DNA from: Macrostomum lignano | Taxonomy: Eukaryota | DNA length: 64,000 nucleotides | NCBI GenBank assembly: GCA_002269645.1 | Contig: NIVC01003604.1 | Location: 1-64,000 of the forward strand | Reading direction: 5' to 3' | Shown here: positions 38,640-50,964 of the stretch, piece after piece | Layout of the letters: each line of letters begins with the position of its first letter | Position numbering within the stretch: the first letter of the stretch is position 1 | The notes under the pieces: model-generated | Seen by the model: the letters and a program-made list of their open reading frames with translations, nothing else | Databases searched by the model: none | What the model was told of the DNA's origin: nothing | Position numbers and translations under genes: made by a program

Positions 38640-39058
38640 TTAGCTAATTAGCATATTCGTAAATCCCTAGCTACTTAGCATATTCCCGAATCCCTAGCTA
38701 ATTAGCATATTCCTAAATCTCTAGTTAATTAGCGTATTCCAATATCCTTAGCTAATTAACATATTCTTATATCCCTTAGCATTAGCATATTCCAATATCC
38801 TTAGCTAATTAGCATATTCGTAAATCCCCAGCTAATTGGCATATTCCTAAATCCCTAGCTAATTAGCATATTCCTAAATCTCTAGCTAATTGGCATATTC
38901 CTAAATCCCTAGCTAATTAGCATATTCCTAAATCCCTAGCTAATTAGCATATTCCTAAATCCCTAGCTAATTAGCATATTCCTAAATCCCTAGCTAATTA
39001 GCATATTTCTAAATCCCAAACTAATTAGCATATTCCCAAATCCCTAACTAATTAGCAT
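38640..39058. repeat. 27-bp minisatellite CTAATTAGCATATTCCTAAATCCCTAG
   Basis: Directly visible. Confidence 0.93.
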
Positions 39059-39109
39059 TGGACAGTTAGCAGCCAGTCTGACAAACAAAAGTACAAGCCA
39101 AACTCAGTC

Positions 39110-42100
39110 TTAAACGGAAGCAGCGTTGCCAACAGAGGCTAGAGCGGCACTCAAACTCCTTCTCAACAGCCGATCGGGACAGTAGCGCACCAGCCTGTCG
39201 CAAGCAGCAATCGCAGCCTCTTCAGCTCCAGGAAATTGACTAGCCAGCAAAAGCAGAAGACAGCGAACAGCGGAACAGGCCGACTGTTGCTCAGGACTGG
39301 CGCTGTTAAGCAACTTTGATGATGAAGAAGAAGAAGCTGACACAGGCGGCAACAAGTGAAGCTGGGCAGCATCGAATCGATCAATCAGATATCGCGGTAG
39401 AAAATCCAAACTCTGCCGACAGACGCTACTAATACTACTGTTATAAGTAGCTAAATTCACTAGAAAATCGGCAACAACATCCGGCTGCTCGAATCGATTT
39501 TTACGCATCGAATCGGCAAAGAAGGCTAGAAACAGTCTAGCCAGAGGACTGCTATCCAGGTGTTGGCAAACCAATCGACTACTGGCATTTAGCCAATAAG
39601 TAGTATCTGTAGCCAGTATTTTAGCTGTAGAAGATCTTGTATTGGAGTATCTAGCAGCTAAGTAGTTATAGACGGCCAAAGCGAATGCGTCTGTGTTAGC
39701 CTGACCGAGACAGGCCTGCAGCTGGGGACCCGCCAGCAGGGCGCACTCCACTATCGCATTGTTCAGCTCCGTAGATTTCCTTGCCAAGTCTTTCAGTGCG
39801 TCTCTGCCGCCGTGGCTCTTGCGACGCTTCTTGTTAGCCTGACCGGAGCCGGCTGACGACGAGTCCGCAGTGGCAGACACGGTCAGGGGGAACAGGGGAC
39901 ACAGGACTGACGACAGTAGGTCTGACACAGCCAGCTGACAGGGTGTGAACCGTCTGTTGTTGGAGCGCTTTCTACCGGAGTCTGGAGCAGAGATGAGGTG
40001 GGGGTTTGGGTTGGGTTAATGAGACCTGATGGTTGATTGTAAAGGAAGTACTGCGATCAATTAACCTGCGGATATTGTCGTTCAACTAATGGATCATCAC
40101 AACGAACTATTAATCTATTAAATAATCAATTCTCTGACTGGGATTTTCCTGACTGAGATTCCCCTGACTGGGATTTCACTGAATAGGATTTCCTTGAATG
40201 GGATTTCCCTTGACTGAGATTTCCCTGAATGGGATTTCCCTGACTGGTATTTCGCTGACTAGGATTTTCCTGACTGGTATTTCCATAACTGGGATTTCCC
40301 TAATTGGGATTTCCCAAACAGGGATTTCTCTGACTAGGATTTCCTTGAATGGGATTTTCCTGACTAGGATTTTCCTAAATGGGATTTCCCTGACTAGGAT
40401 TTCCCGGACTAGGATTTCCCAAACGGGGATTTCCCAAACTGGGATTTCTCTGACTGGGATTTCCCAAACGGGGATTTCCCTGACTAGGATTTCCCTAAAT
40501 GGGATTTCGCTGACTGGGATTTCCCTAACTAGAATTTCCTTAACTGGCATTTCACTGACTAGCTAGGATTTCACACAGCAGAATTTCGAACTCATAATAC
40601 AATGTCAATCTAATTAGGCATTCAAAGTGTCAAAAAATGTTACCATTATTAGGTTTTCCAGCGGTGAAACAGTCACACTGCCACCAACGCTCCTCAGAGC
40701 CTACTAGATTGTCACCGCCCCTGTCTCGCCTCCCGGCAGCGGTGCGAGCAAAATGCAAGGCCAACAAGCTTCTCAGACACTTCAACAAAGCCAGCAACTC
40801 TTCATAAGCGTTCACGCCGCCAACTCGACCAGAGAACTCAGCGGGAAACAGCTCTTTAATTAGGCTAGCAAAATTCACTTCAAAACTACTGCTATCGCTG
40901 CTAATTGAAGATTCTGCGCCGCCAGTCTCTGCATCGTCGACAAGTAGGTCTTTGTCTTTGTTACTGCTGCTGTTATAAAGATCGGAGATGGCCAAGCCAA
41001 CCAGAGCTGTAGGATCCGAGTCCGTAGCCGCCAGGTCGCAGTTCCAGCTGAGCTGATAGCGGGACCAAGCGGCGCTGTATAAATCGAAATCGTCCGGTAG
41101 GTAGTCGAGAATCCTACTCTGCTGGTGCTGAGCAGATGATGAAGCATCTGAGCTGCTCAACTGGGAAGCTGGAAGTGGTGGGTTAAAGAATAAAAAAAAC
41201 GGAAAAGTTATCTTCCACGATGTCACGATGTCACGTGAATGACAGGGCCGCTGTACACAGTACACAGTACGGAGTCAGCGCTAATGGGCAGATGTGCAAC
41301 CGACAGCTCAGCTGCAGCTATTGCGGACCCTCAATTATCCCAGCTAATCCTGGCATCCATTTTACAGCTGGGTGAACTGAAGCAATGCAGAGTTAAGTGT
41401 CTTGCTCATAAGGACACAAATTGTTCCGAGTGGGATTGGGAATCGAACCCCCGACCTTTCAGTCGTGAGTCCGACGCTCTGACGGCTAGGCTACAACCGA
41501 CCACACTCCCTCCAACGATCGTCAGCGCTGCATGGCATCAAAGCCATTCTTTAATGGCTTCTGAGGGCGATTTTAATGGCTTTTGAGGGCGATTTTTTCT
41601 GGCTTTTGATGGCAATTTTTAATGGCCATGATCTTTGAGGGCGATTCTGTATTGGCTTTTGAGGGCGATTTTTTCGGGCTTTTGAGGGCGATTGTTTCTG
41701 GCTTTTGAGGGCGATTTTTTCTGGCTTTTGAGGGCGATTTTTTCTGGCTTTTGAGGGCGATTTTTTCTGGCTTTTGAGGGCGATTTTTTCTGGCTTTTGA
41801 GGGCGATTTTTTATGGCTTTTGAGGGCGATTTTTCTATGGTTTTTGAAGGCGAATTTTTATGGCTTTTGAGGGCGATTTTTCTATGGTTTTTGAAGGCGA
41901 ATTTTTATGGCTTTTGATGACGATTTTTTTATGGCTTTGAGGGCGATTTTTATGGCTTTGAGGGCAATTTTTTATGGCTTTTGAGGGCACTTACCGGAAG
42001 AGTAGTTCTCAGCCAGCAGGTCGGCAAAGCTGGCCACACAGGCAGCCAGCGACATCAGCTGGCCTCGACTTCGCTGAGCCACCGAAGCTGAAGCAACACC

Positions 42101-43552
42101 CGCACCAGCAGCAGCCGCTGATGCCCCTGTTGGCACTGTCGCAGTTAAACGCCTCTTCAAACTTCGATTGAGCAACGCTCGAAAATCGTCAGCACGTTCC
42201 AACAGTACAATGGGAGCGTGAGTTAGCAAGGACTCGAGTAGTTGTACCGATTCGTTTTGAATTGATTCGTCCACGTGACACCAACAGGTGCGCAGAGACT
42301 GGAACAGAGCAGGCCGGCACACTGGCTGACTGGCAACGCCGCAGGTGAGCAGGGCGGTGAAGACACGTCGGCAGGCTGATCGCAGTTCTGCGCTGGCTGG
42401 ATCGCGAAGGCATGGGGACAGGTACTCGGTCAGATCCTGCACTGTGAATGGCACTGGCCGGTTGCGTTGCTGCTGCTCTTGCTGAGCGGCAGCCAGGTCT
42501 GCCAGCCACCTGAGCATTGCAGTGGGGTGGGCTTTCAGGTACTTGAGGGCGATTCAGGTACTTGAGGGCGATTCTTTGATGAGTTTTGAGGGCGATTCTT
42601 TGATGAGTTTTGAGGGCGATTCTTTGATGAGTTTTGAGGGCGATTCTTTGATGAGTTTTGAGGGCGATTCTTTGATGAGTTTTGAGGGCGATTCTTTGAT
42701 GAGTTTTGAGGGCGATTCTTTGATGAGTTTTGAGGGCGATTCTTTGATGAGTTTTGAGGGCGATTCTTTGATGAGTTTTGAGGGCGATTCTTTGATGAGT
42801 TTTGAGGGCGATTCTTTGATGAGTTTTGAGGGCGATTCTTTGATGAGTTTTGAGGGCGATTCTTTGATGAGTTTTGAGGGCGATTCTTTAATGAGTTTTG
42901 AGGGCGATTCTTTGATGAGTTTCGAGGGCGATTTTTTGACGGGTTTTGAGGGGCGATTCTTTGATGAGTTTTGAGGGCGATTCTTTGATGAGTTTCGAGG
43001 GCGATTCTTTGATGGCTTTTGAGGGCGATTTTTTGATGGCTTTTGAGGGCGATTCTTTGATGAGTTTTGAGGGCGATTCTTTGATGAGTTTTGAGGGCGG
43101 TTCTTTGATGTCTTTTGAGGGCGATTCTTTGATGGCTTTTGAGGGCGATTCTTTGATGAGTTTCGAGGGTGATTCTTGGATGCGCTTTAAGGGGGATTTT
43201 TTAGACTTACAGTAAATATCTAAACATCCCTAATCAACTCATTACAATCAAGTCCAAAACTTATCCCAAACACGAACCTGGCCAACTTGTTAGCCGCGGC
43301 CACTCGCTCGTCCATCTGGCTGGCTCTCAGTTTTCGCAACAGAGCCTGGCCCGTGGACCACTGCAGCGGCTGGCTGGCCGGAGATGCCAAATCAGCCGAG
43401 CTAGCGGCGGACTCCTGACCGCGAACAACAATTTTACCTGTAGCCAAACTGATTTTTGTTTCGTTCAGGCATTTCGGCAACTTTCGACCAACTTTCAGGC
43501 GCACTTTAGTGAAGTCGGCATTTTTCTCTTTCTTTTTGTGATGCTTCACCAT
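39110..43552 (-). CDS. TEX10: TEX10/Ipi1 (rixosome, pre-60S processing) homolog, ~743 aa; 4 exons; a 19-bp duplication at the exon 2 start breaks the frame as assembled
   Basis: N-terminus MVKHHKKKEKNADFTKVRLKVGRKLPK..NETKISL resembles the TEX10/Ipi1 start (DFQKVKLKVGKKKPK), followed by HEAT-like helical sequence. Exons 43552-43278, 42554/42573-41995, 41168-40644, 39981-39110. The total is 2232 nt (744 codons) only if one copy of the 19-mer is removed. Confidence 0.85.
40130..40570. repeat. 15-bp minisatellite CTGACTGGGATTTCC in TEX10 intron 3
   Basis: Directly visible. Confidence 0.95.
41240..41502 (-). mobile_element. tRNA-derived SINE family B with a conserved central domain, in TEX10 intron 2
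   Basis: Minus strand: TAGCCTAGCCG (A-box-like), GGTTCGATTCC (B-box), then GTGTCCTTATGAGCAAGACACTTAACTCTGCATTGCTTCAGTTCACCCAGCTGTAAAATGG. From memory this resembles the central (Meta-type) domain shared by many animal SINEs. Confidence 0.8.
41560..41988. repeat. 23-24 bp GAGGGCGATT-family minisatellite abutting the TEX10 exon 2 donor
   Basis: Directly visible; the array ends 6 nt from the exon (ttgagggc-acttac). Confidence 0.95.
42574..43200. repeat. 24-bp GAGGGCGATTCTTTGATGAGTTTT minisatellite filling TEX10 intron 1
   Basis: Directly visible. Confidence 0.97.
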
Positions 43553-43689
43553 GGCTTGGCAGCTGAAATATTTGTTTAAGATATCGTTATGCATAATGTC
43601 TGAAATAAGCTGCTGAGATGCCAATGCTTAAAAGCGTATGTAGCAATATGTTACGACTGGGGCACTCCACACCTGCTTGTCGACACTAA

Positions 43690-45570
43690 CACAACAACAA
43701 CCCCAACCAAAGCCAACCCGAACCACAACCAACCCGAACCACAACCAACCCGAACCACAACCAAAGCCAACCCGAACCACAACCAACCTGAACCACAACC
43801 AACCCGAACCACAACCAACCGAACCACAACCAAAGCCAACCCGAACCACAACCAACCCGAACCACAACCAAAGCCAACCCGAACCACAACCAACCTGAAC
43901 CACAACCAACCTGAACCACAACCGACCCGAACTACAACCAACCCGAACTACAACCAACCCGAACCACAACCAACCTGAACCACAACCAACCTGAACCACA
44001 ACCAACCTGAACCACAACCGACCCGAACTACAACTAACCCGAACTACAACCAACCTGAACCACAACCAACCTGAACCACAACCAACCTGAACCACAACCA
44101 CCCCGAACTACAACCAACCCGAACTACAACCAACCCGAACCACAACCAACCTGAACCACAACCAACCTGAACCACAACCAACCTGAACCACAACCAACCT
44201 GAACCACAACCACCCCGAACTACAACCAACCCGAACCACAACCAACCTGAACCACAACCAACCTGAACCACAACCACCCCGAACCACAACCAACCTGAAC
44301 CACAACCAACCTGAACCACAACCAACCTGAACCACAACCACCCCGAACTACAACCAACCCGAACCACAACCAACCTGAACCACAACCAACCTGAACCACA
44401 ACCACCCCGAACTACAACCAACCCGAACCACAACCAACCCGAACCACAACCAACCCGAACCACAACCACCCCGAACTACAACCAACCCGAACCAGAAAAA
44501 ACCTGAACCACAACCAACCTGAACCACAACCAACCTGAACCACAACCAACCTGAACCACAACCAACCTGAACCACAACCAACCTGAACCACAACCAACCT
44601 GAACCACAACCAACCCGAACTACAACCAACCCGAACCACAACCAACCTGAACCACAACCAACCTGAACCACAACCAACCCGAACTACAACCAACCCGAAC
44701 CACAACCAACCTGAACCACAACCAACCTGAACCACAACCAACCTGAACCACAACCAACCCGAACTACAACCAACCCGAACCACAACCAACCTGAACCACA
44801 ACCAACCTGAACCACAACCAACCTGAACCACAACCAACCTGAACCACAACCAACCCGAACTACAACCAACCCGAACCACAACCAACCTGAACCACAACCA
44901 ACCTGAACCACAACCAACCCGAACTACAACCAACCCGAACCACAACCAACCTGAACCACAACCAACCTGAACCACAACCAACCTGAACCACAACCAACCC
45001 GAACTACAACCAACCCGAACCACAACCAACCTGAACCACAACCAACCTGAACCACAACCAACCCGAACCACAACCAACCCGAACCACAACCACCCCGAAC
45101 TACAACCAACCCGAACCAGAAAAAACCTGAACCACAACCAACCTGAACCACAACCAACCTGAACCACAACCAACCTGAACCACAACCAACCTGAACCACA
45201 ACCAACCTGAACCACAACCAACCTGAACCACAACCAACCCGAACTACAACCAACCCGAACCACAACCAACCTGAACCACAACCAACCTGAACCACAACCA
45301 ACCCGAACTACAACCAACCCGAACCACAACCAACCTGAACCACAACCAACCTGAACCACAACCAACCTGAACCACAACCAACCTGAACCACAACCAACCT
45401 GAACCACAACCAACCTGAACCACAACCAACCCGAACTACAACCAACCCGAACCACAACCAACCTGAACCACAACCAACCCGAACTACAACCAACCTGAAC
45501 CACAACCACCCCGAACTACAACCAACCCAAACCACAACCAAAGGCAACCCCAACCAAAGCCAACCAACCA
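43690..45570. repeat. 16-bp minisatellite AACCACAACCAACC(T/C)G, >110 copies
   Basis: Directly visible. Confidence 0.98.
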
Positions 45571-46201
45571 CTAATAAACTAACCTAAACCCTTAACCGCA
45601 ACCCTAATTGCTGACAGTGAAATAGTGGGAAGTCGAATTTTAGGCTAGAAAAAATGCAATTTCAGATTTTTGCTATTATTGAGCTTTCTCAACTTCTTTG
45701 GACATTCTGAAACATCTAAAACTCTAGTAGAAAAAAAACTTTTTGTCTACCCAACAGGGAGTTAAAATTATTAGACAATGACTAAAACATATACTTTTAG
45801 TAAGAAAATAAAAAGCTTGAAAAGTTTTGCATAGTATATTTTTCAATTATTAAAACAATTTTAGAATAAAAATATATAAAATACGAATTTACATCACAGC
45901 TTCGGCTTTTTGTCAAGGTATGACAAAATCAAGGTCTTGAAGTCATTGGCTCTGCTCGTGTAATTAAGTCTTAGAACGGCGTTCATTCAGATTCTTCATT
46001 AATTTTTTAGTATAGATGGAAATATGATTTATAACTGCCAAGTTCGCAGTGCAATAACAACAAGGATACTGAATGATTAGCCATGCAGTGAAAACTGTTT
46101 TGCTGTTTCCATAGTATTACATAATAGCAGGGAATGTGACATGATTAAGGCAATAATTAGGTTGGAGCAAAAAGTTAGATTAGATAATCAGATATCAAGT
46201 T

Positions 46202-48077
46202 TTACGGGCGGTCCAGATTAGGTCGAACATGCACTGGGCTTGGGTTCAAGTTCAAACTGTTTAACAATTCCATCAATTCAACTGGAGCTGTAGGCGAGAA
46301 TATCAGCACCTGAAATGATGGAGGTTCGGAGCTTTAGTCAGCGGCATGGCGTTTCTTTAAAGTGCTAGATGAACTTTTCAGGAAGTTAAAAGACGATTCT
46401 TTGATGGCTTTTGATGAGTTTTGAGGGAGATTCTTTCTTGGCTTTTGACGGCGATTCTTTCTTGGCTTTTGAGGGCGATTCTTTCTTGGCTTTTGACGGC
46501 GATTCTTTCTTGGCTTTTGAGGGCGATTCTTTCTTGGCTTTTGACGGCGATTCTTTCTTGGCTTTTGAGGGCGATTCTTTCTTGGCTTTTGAGGGCGATT
46601 CTTTCTTGGCTTTTGAGGGCGATTCTTTCTTGGCTTTTGAGGGCGATTCTTTCTTGGCTTTTGACGGCGATTCTTTCTTGGCTTTTGAGGGCGATTCTTT
46701 TTTGGCTTTTGACGGCGATTCTTTCTTGGCTTTTGAGGGCGATTCTTTCTTGGCTTTTGAGGGCGATTCTTTCTTGGCTTTTGAGGGCGATTCTTTCTTG
46801 GCTTTTGAGGGCGATTCTTTCTTGGCTTTTGACGGCGATTCTTTCTTGGCTTTTGACGGCGATTCTTTCTTGGTTTTTGAGGGCGATTCTTTCTTGGCTT
46901 TTGAGGGCGATTCTTTCTTGGCTTTTGAGGGCGATTCTTTCTTGGCTTTTGAGGGCGATTCTTTCTTGGCTTTTGAGGGCGATTCTTTCTTGGCTTTTGA
47001 GGGCGATTCTTTCTTGGCTTTTGAGGGCGATTCTTTCTTGGCTTTTGAGGGCGATTCTTTCTTGGTTTTTGTGGGCGATTCTTTCTTGGCTTTTGAGGGC
47101 GATTCTTTCTTGGCTTTTGAGGGCGATTCTTTCTTGGCTTTTGAGGGCGATTCTTTCTTGGCTTTTGAGGGCGATTCTTTCTTGGCTTTTGAGGGCGATT
47201 CTTTCTTGGCTTTTGAGGGCGATTCTTTCTTGGCTTTTGACGGCGATTCTTTCTTGGCTTTTGAGGGCGATTCTTTCTTGGCTTTTGAGGGCGATTCTTT
47301 AATGAGTTTGGTGGGCGACTCTACTAAAAATGGAATATATTGTTTTAAGGTTTAAACAAAGCACAGCCTACCTGCAAACCTTCAGGCATCTGACTAATTA
47401 TGTTAATCAGATTGTTTTTGAAACCTCGTCTAATCAAATCGTCGGTCTCAGTGAGGATTATCAATCGTATCTGAGCAGTGCTCAACCATCCTCGATTTAT
47501 TAAGTCTTCAACTCGGCCTGGGGTGCCAATCGCAATATCCACGCCTGCATCTAGCTCAGTCTTCTGATCCCGCGGCTGGGGAAATGGGATCGAACGATTC
47601 ATAAATAATTATGGGATAATTGATAGACAACGCCAATAGAACTATTCGATACGCCAAATCACAAACCTTAATACCTCCAACGCAAGCGCAACACAATACG
47701 CCCATTGATTTTCCCAGGTCATTAAACATGAATCTCGCAGATAGAGCCAACTCTCTTGACGGAGTCAGCACCAAAGCTTGAGCTGTACGACTCTGAACAG
47801 GATTGTCAGGATTTGTAGAGCTCAAACTTGGGAGTTTCACTGATTGCAGAACTGAAATTGCGGCCATAGACATCTTGCCAGTGCCAGACGGTGACTGAAC
47901 AAACACATTTTCCCCATTCAAGTACAAAGGGAAAGCTTGATTTTGAATTGTAGACAGTTCGATAAAACCATGGTTACGGATGGAGCGTTTCAGTGTATCG
48001 TTTAGTGGCAGGTCATCGAATGTGTCTGCGTTGGGACTCTGGCCAGACTTGCTAGCGGAGACCATATTTTGTTTCAT
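46202..48077 (-). CDS. Truncated eIF4A-like DEAD-box protein: RecA1 domain only, catalytic motifs altered, ~240 aa; 3 exons
   Basis: Exons 48077-47667, 47575-47372, 46309-46202. All are phase 0 with GT-AG sites and total 723 nt (241 codons). Q motif FDDL..GF..LSTIQ, motif I SPSGTGKM, Ia PSRELA, GG, Ib GTPGRV, II LTETD, III FSPT. The stop follows the segment equivalent to the eIF4A interdomain linker. Confidence 0.85.
46390..47310. repeat. 24-bp GAGGGCGATTCTTTCTTGGCTTTT minisatellite filling intron 2 of the eIF4A-like gene
   Basis: Directly visible; same family as the TEX10 intron arrays. Confidence 0.97.
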
Positions 48078-48139
48078 AATAACTGCAATATTTACACAGA
48101 ACTGAGAGTCACTAAGACACAATTTAAAAACGGCTTAGA

Positions 48140-48485
48140 GTTTAGGAGATTTTTGAAGTTTGGGGGATTTTAAAAGCTTGGGTATTTCTGAAACTTAGGG
48201 GTTTGAGAAGCTTGGGGGATTTGGGAAGCGGGGGGATTTGAGAAGCTTGGGGATTTGGGAAGCGGGGGGATTTGAGAAGCTTGGGGGATTTGGGAAGCTT
48301 AGGGGATTTGGGAAACTTGGGAGACTTGAGAAGCTTGGGGGATTTGGGAAGCTTGGGGGATTTGAGAAGCTTGGGGGATTTGGGAAGTGGGGGATTTGAG
48401 AAGCTTGGGGGATTTGGGAAGTGGGGGATTTGAGAAGCTTGGGGGATTTGGGAAGATTGGGGGATTTGGGAAACTTGGGAGATTT
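48140..48485. repeat. 18-bp G-rich minisatellite GGGGGATTTG(G/A)GAAGCTT
   Basis: Directly visible; recurs at 49060-49402 and 61760-61905. Confidence 0.95.
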
Positions 48486-48837
48486 TAATGTGAAATGTTT
48501 CACGCTAATCCATTCTTATATTTAGAGCTACCAAATGCATTCCAAACGCACAAAGTTAAAAAAGCGCTTTGAGACATTGTATTACTTATCAGCAATGAGT
48601 CAATTTTTCGTTTAATTTTTTAGCCAAAAATAGTAGGTCCAATTTATAGTAAAAACAGCACAAAAACAGTGCAGGTCTAGCGATGCTGCAGTTGGGGGAT
48701 CAGAAAAAAGTGAGAAATTTTAGCAATTTGCATGAGACCATATCAATTGTAATTTATAGTGTTATTTCAGTTATTTAAGTGTCGCAAGCTTTACTACCAA
48801 ATATATATCCGAATGAGCTTAAAAAATCACACAGTAA

Positions 48838-49052
48838 GCTTATAAAGGCCAATAGATTTTGAATTGTGACACACCGCCACGTCCGCCAGCAGCTTTAATG
48901 ATCGCCAAGCCTAACGGCTCATCGAGTTTTCTTACGTCACTGCCAGTCTGACCCTCGACTGCGACAGTCTGCAACACAGTGCCGTCACTCCGCATCAAAC
49001 AAACCACTTGCCCTGAACACTCGCTGACAAACAGCAGACCCGACCGATTTGA
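48838..49052 (-). pseudogene. 3' fragment of the Zn-finger/coiled-coil/beta-propeller gene family (copy E)
   Basis: [50 protein letters not shown] aligns to the last blade of the intact copies. It has a frameshifted end and abuts an 18-bp array. Confidence 0.85.
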
Positions 49053-49059
49053 GAAACCG

Positions 49060-49402
49060 GAGGAATTTGGGATTCGGGAAGCTTGGGTATTCAAGAAGCT
49101 TGTGGGTTTTGGGAAGCTTGGGGATTTGGAAAGCTTGGGGATTTGGAAAGCTTGGGGGATTTGGAAAGCTTGGGGGATTTGAGAAGGTTGGGGATTTGGG
49201 AAGCTTGGGGGATTTGGGAAGCTTGGGGGATTTGGAAAGCTTGGGGGATTTGAGAAGGTTGGGGATTTGGGAAGCTTGGGGCATTTGGGAAGGTTTGGGA
49301 TTTGGGAAGCTTGGGGGGATTTGGGAAGGTTTGGGCGATTTGGGAAGCTTGGGGGGATTTGGGAAGGTTGGGGATTTGGGAACCTTGGGGGATTTGGGAA
49401 GC
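49060..49402. repeat. 18-bp G-rich minisatellite GGGGGATTTGGGAAGCTT
   Basis: Directly visible. Confidence 0.95.
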
Positions 49403-50034
49403 TAGATACCCACTTTAGCAGACGCTCACTGTTCGCATGTGCCATGCGGCACACACAGCAAACATTTTGACCAAAATTTGTCAACTGTCAGTTGACATCT
49501 GAGACTATAAAATCTCATTATTGGTACTTTCCTTCAGTTTAAAAGGACAGTTAAGACAAAGTCTCGAAGTCTCAATTCACAAGCAGTGGTTCAGTTGGTA
49601 AGTGGACATAGGACTGCTCTATCAAGCTTAAGTTTGGTCGCCAGGAGGGAGGCAACTGCTTCATTTACAATTGGAAAAATTCCCGCTAATCTTAGTGACC
49701 TTTGCGCCTACCTTATTGGATTTTGAACACATAATCTGAAAATCCTTGAGATATTACTAAATAACTTTATTAACAAAGTAGTCAATTGTTCAAATATTTC
49801 TTGTAAAAAAATTGAAATAAAAAAATAATGGTTTCAGTTTAGAGAAATCAGATTTTAGCGCAGAAACGAACAAAAAGTACAAAAATAGCAAAAGAATGAA
49901 ACACTACATAAAAATAAAAAACATAAAACTTGGCAGTTGATAAAAATTGTTAATTACATTGCTGGTATTCATGTATTAGTTAAATTTCCAAATTTTGAGT
50001 AAATTCTCTTGATGAGTATCAGACATGCTAAATA

Positions 50035-50964
50035 CACTCAGCAAGTCAAAAGTTGCACCCGCTAAGCGAGATAAAAATTTTCTTTCTTATTGCGACAACT
50101 TCTCACTCACAATTCAACCCTGAAATTACGCAACTAAGCCGCCGCGAGGAAGGGAATTAAATAAAAAATAAACGTCATTCGCAGGGGGGCCGTAGCCCAG
50201 CGGTAGCGCAGCTGCTCTGGTGTGCCGCGACCCAGGCTCGATTCCAAGTGCAGTCACATTAATTTGGGGCTGAATTGGAATCCCGGCTTGGCTTGGCTCT
50301 GCTCGTGCAATTAACGGCCTTGAGAGCCAACCCCCCAAGGCGCAGTGAAGTGTACATGCCTAACGATAATATAAAGTTAGGGCCGCTGTACACTCCTGTG
50401 TGAGTGTGTGCCTGCGTAACGTATCCGCGCGCTTGTATGCCTGCTCAGTGGAGTCGGCGGAATGGGCAGCAATGCCTCTCGCCGGTTGTGTGCCTATGTC
50501 GCTTAAAGTGCGCCAGGGTGCACACAACCCCCATGCCACTAATAAAAAAAACTTCATTCGCACAAAATCATAACAATTTCTTTTTTCACGCAATATGCAG
50601 TTGGGATCGCAAAGCTAAATAACGCGTGAGATCTCCTCGCACGCAGAAGTGCGGCGACTCTGCGGGGCATCCGAAGGATGAGGCGGTGCAGAAGGTCTTG
50701 GTGAAGCTGCTGCCAAGCCTTTTCAATGGCATGACGCAGCTCCGCAAAATTCTGTGGTGGATTTTCTTTTCAAATGCTGCGTTTTAGGAAATCCCAGACA
50801 TGCTCGATCTGGGGGACCGGGAGGGCCAGCGCAGGCAGTGCGTTGTGATCCTGAACAGTCCCCCAAGTAGCAATAAGCTTCGCGCGTGCCGTAACCTGTG
50901 TCACTCGCAAAGTGAGAAAAATTCATCTCGCTTGGATGATGGAACTTTTGACTGTTGCTGAGTG
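50035..50964. mobile_element. Tc1/mariner-type MITE, 930 bp, carrying a nested SINE
   Basis: About 50-bp imperfect TIRs starting CACTCAGCAA..GTCAAAAGTT, with TA on both sides (50033-34, 50965-66). The related sequence at ~57470-57500 lacks the insert. Confidence 0.8.
50184..50525 (+). mobile_element. Full-length tRNA-derived SINE family A
   Basis: Head GGCCGTAGCCCAGCGG...GGCTCGATTCC. The body matches the 36 kb copy. A partial 3' copy also occurs at ~51225-51380. Confidence 0.85.

Noticed and set aside
41430-41502. tRNA gene (also at 50184-50255 and 36225-36293)
   Set aside because: A- and B-boxes are present, but no proper acceptor stem is formed and each continues into a shared SINE body.
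45580-45610. Interstitial telomere-like CCCTAA repeats
   Set aside because: Only one exact hexamer among degenerate neighbours, which is too short to call.
42522-47355. EGDSLMSF, VVVQVGCGSGWL and AFEGDSFL repeat proteins
   Set aside because: These are 24-bp and 16-bp arrays in introns or intergenic DNA. The flanking splice sites exclude them from the gene models.
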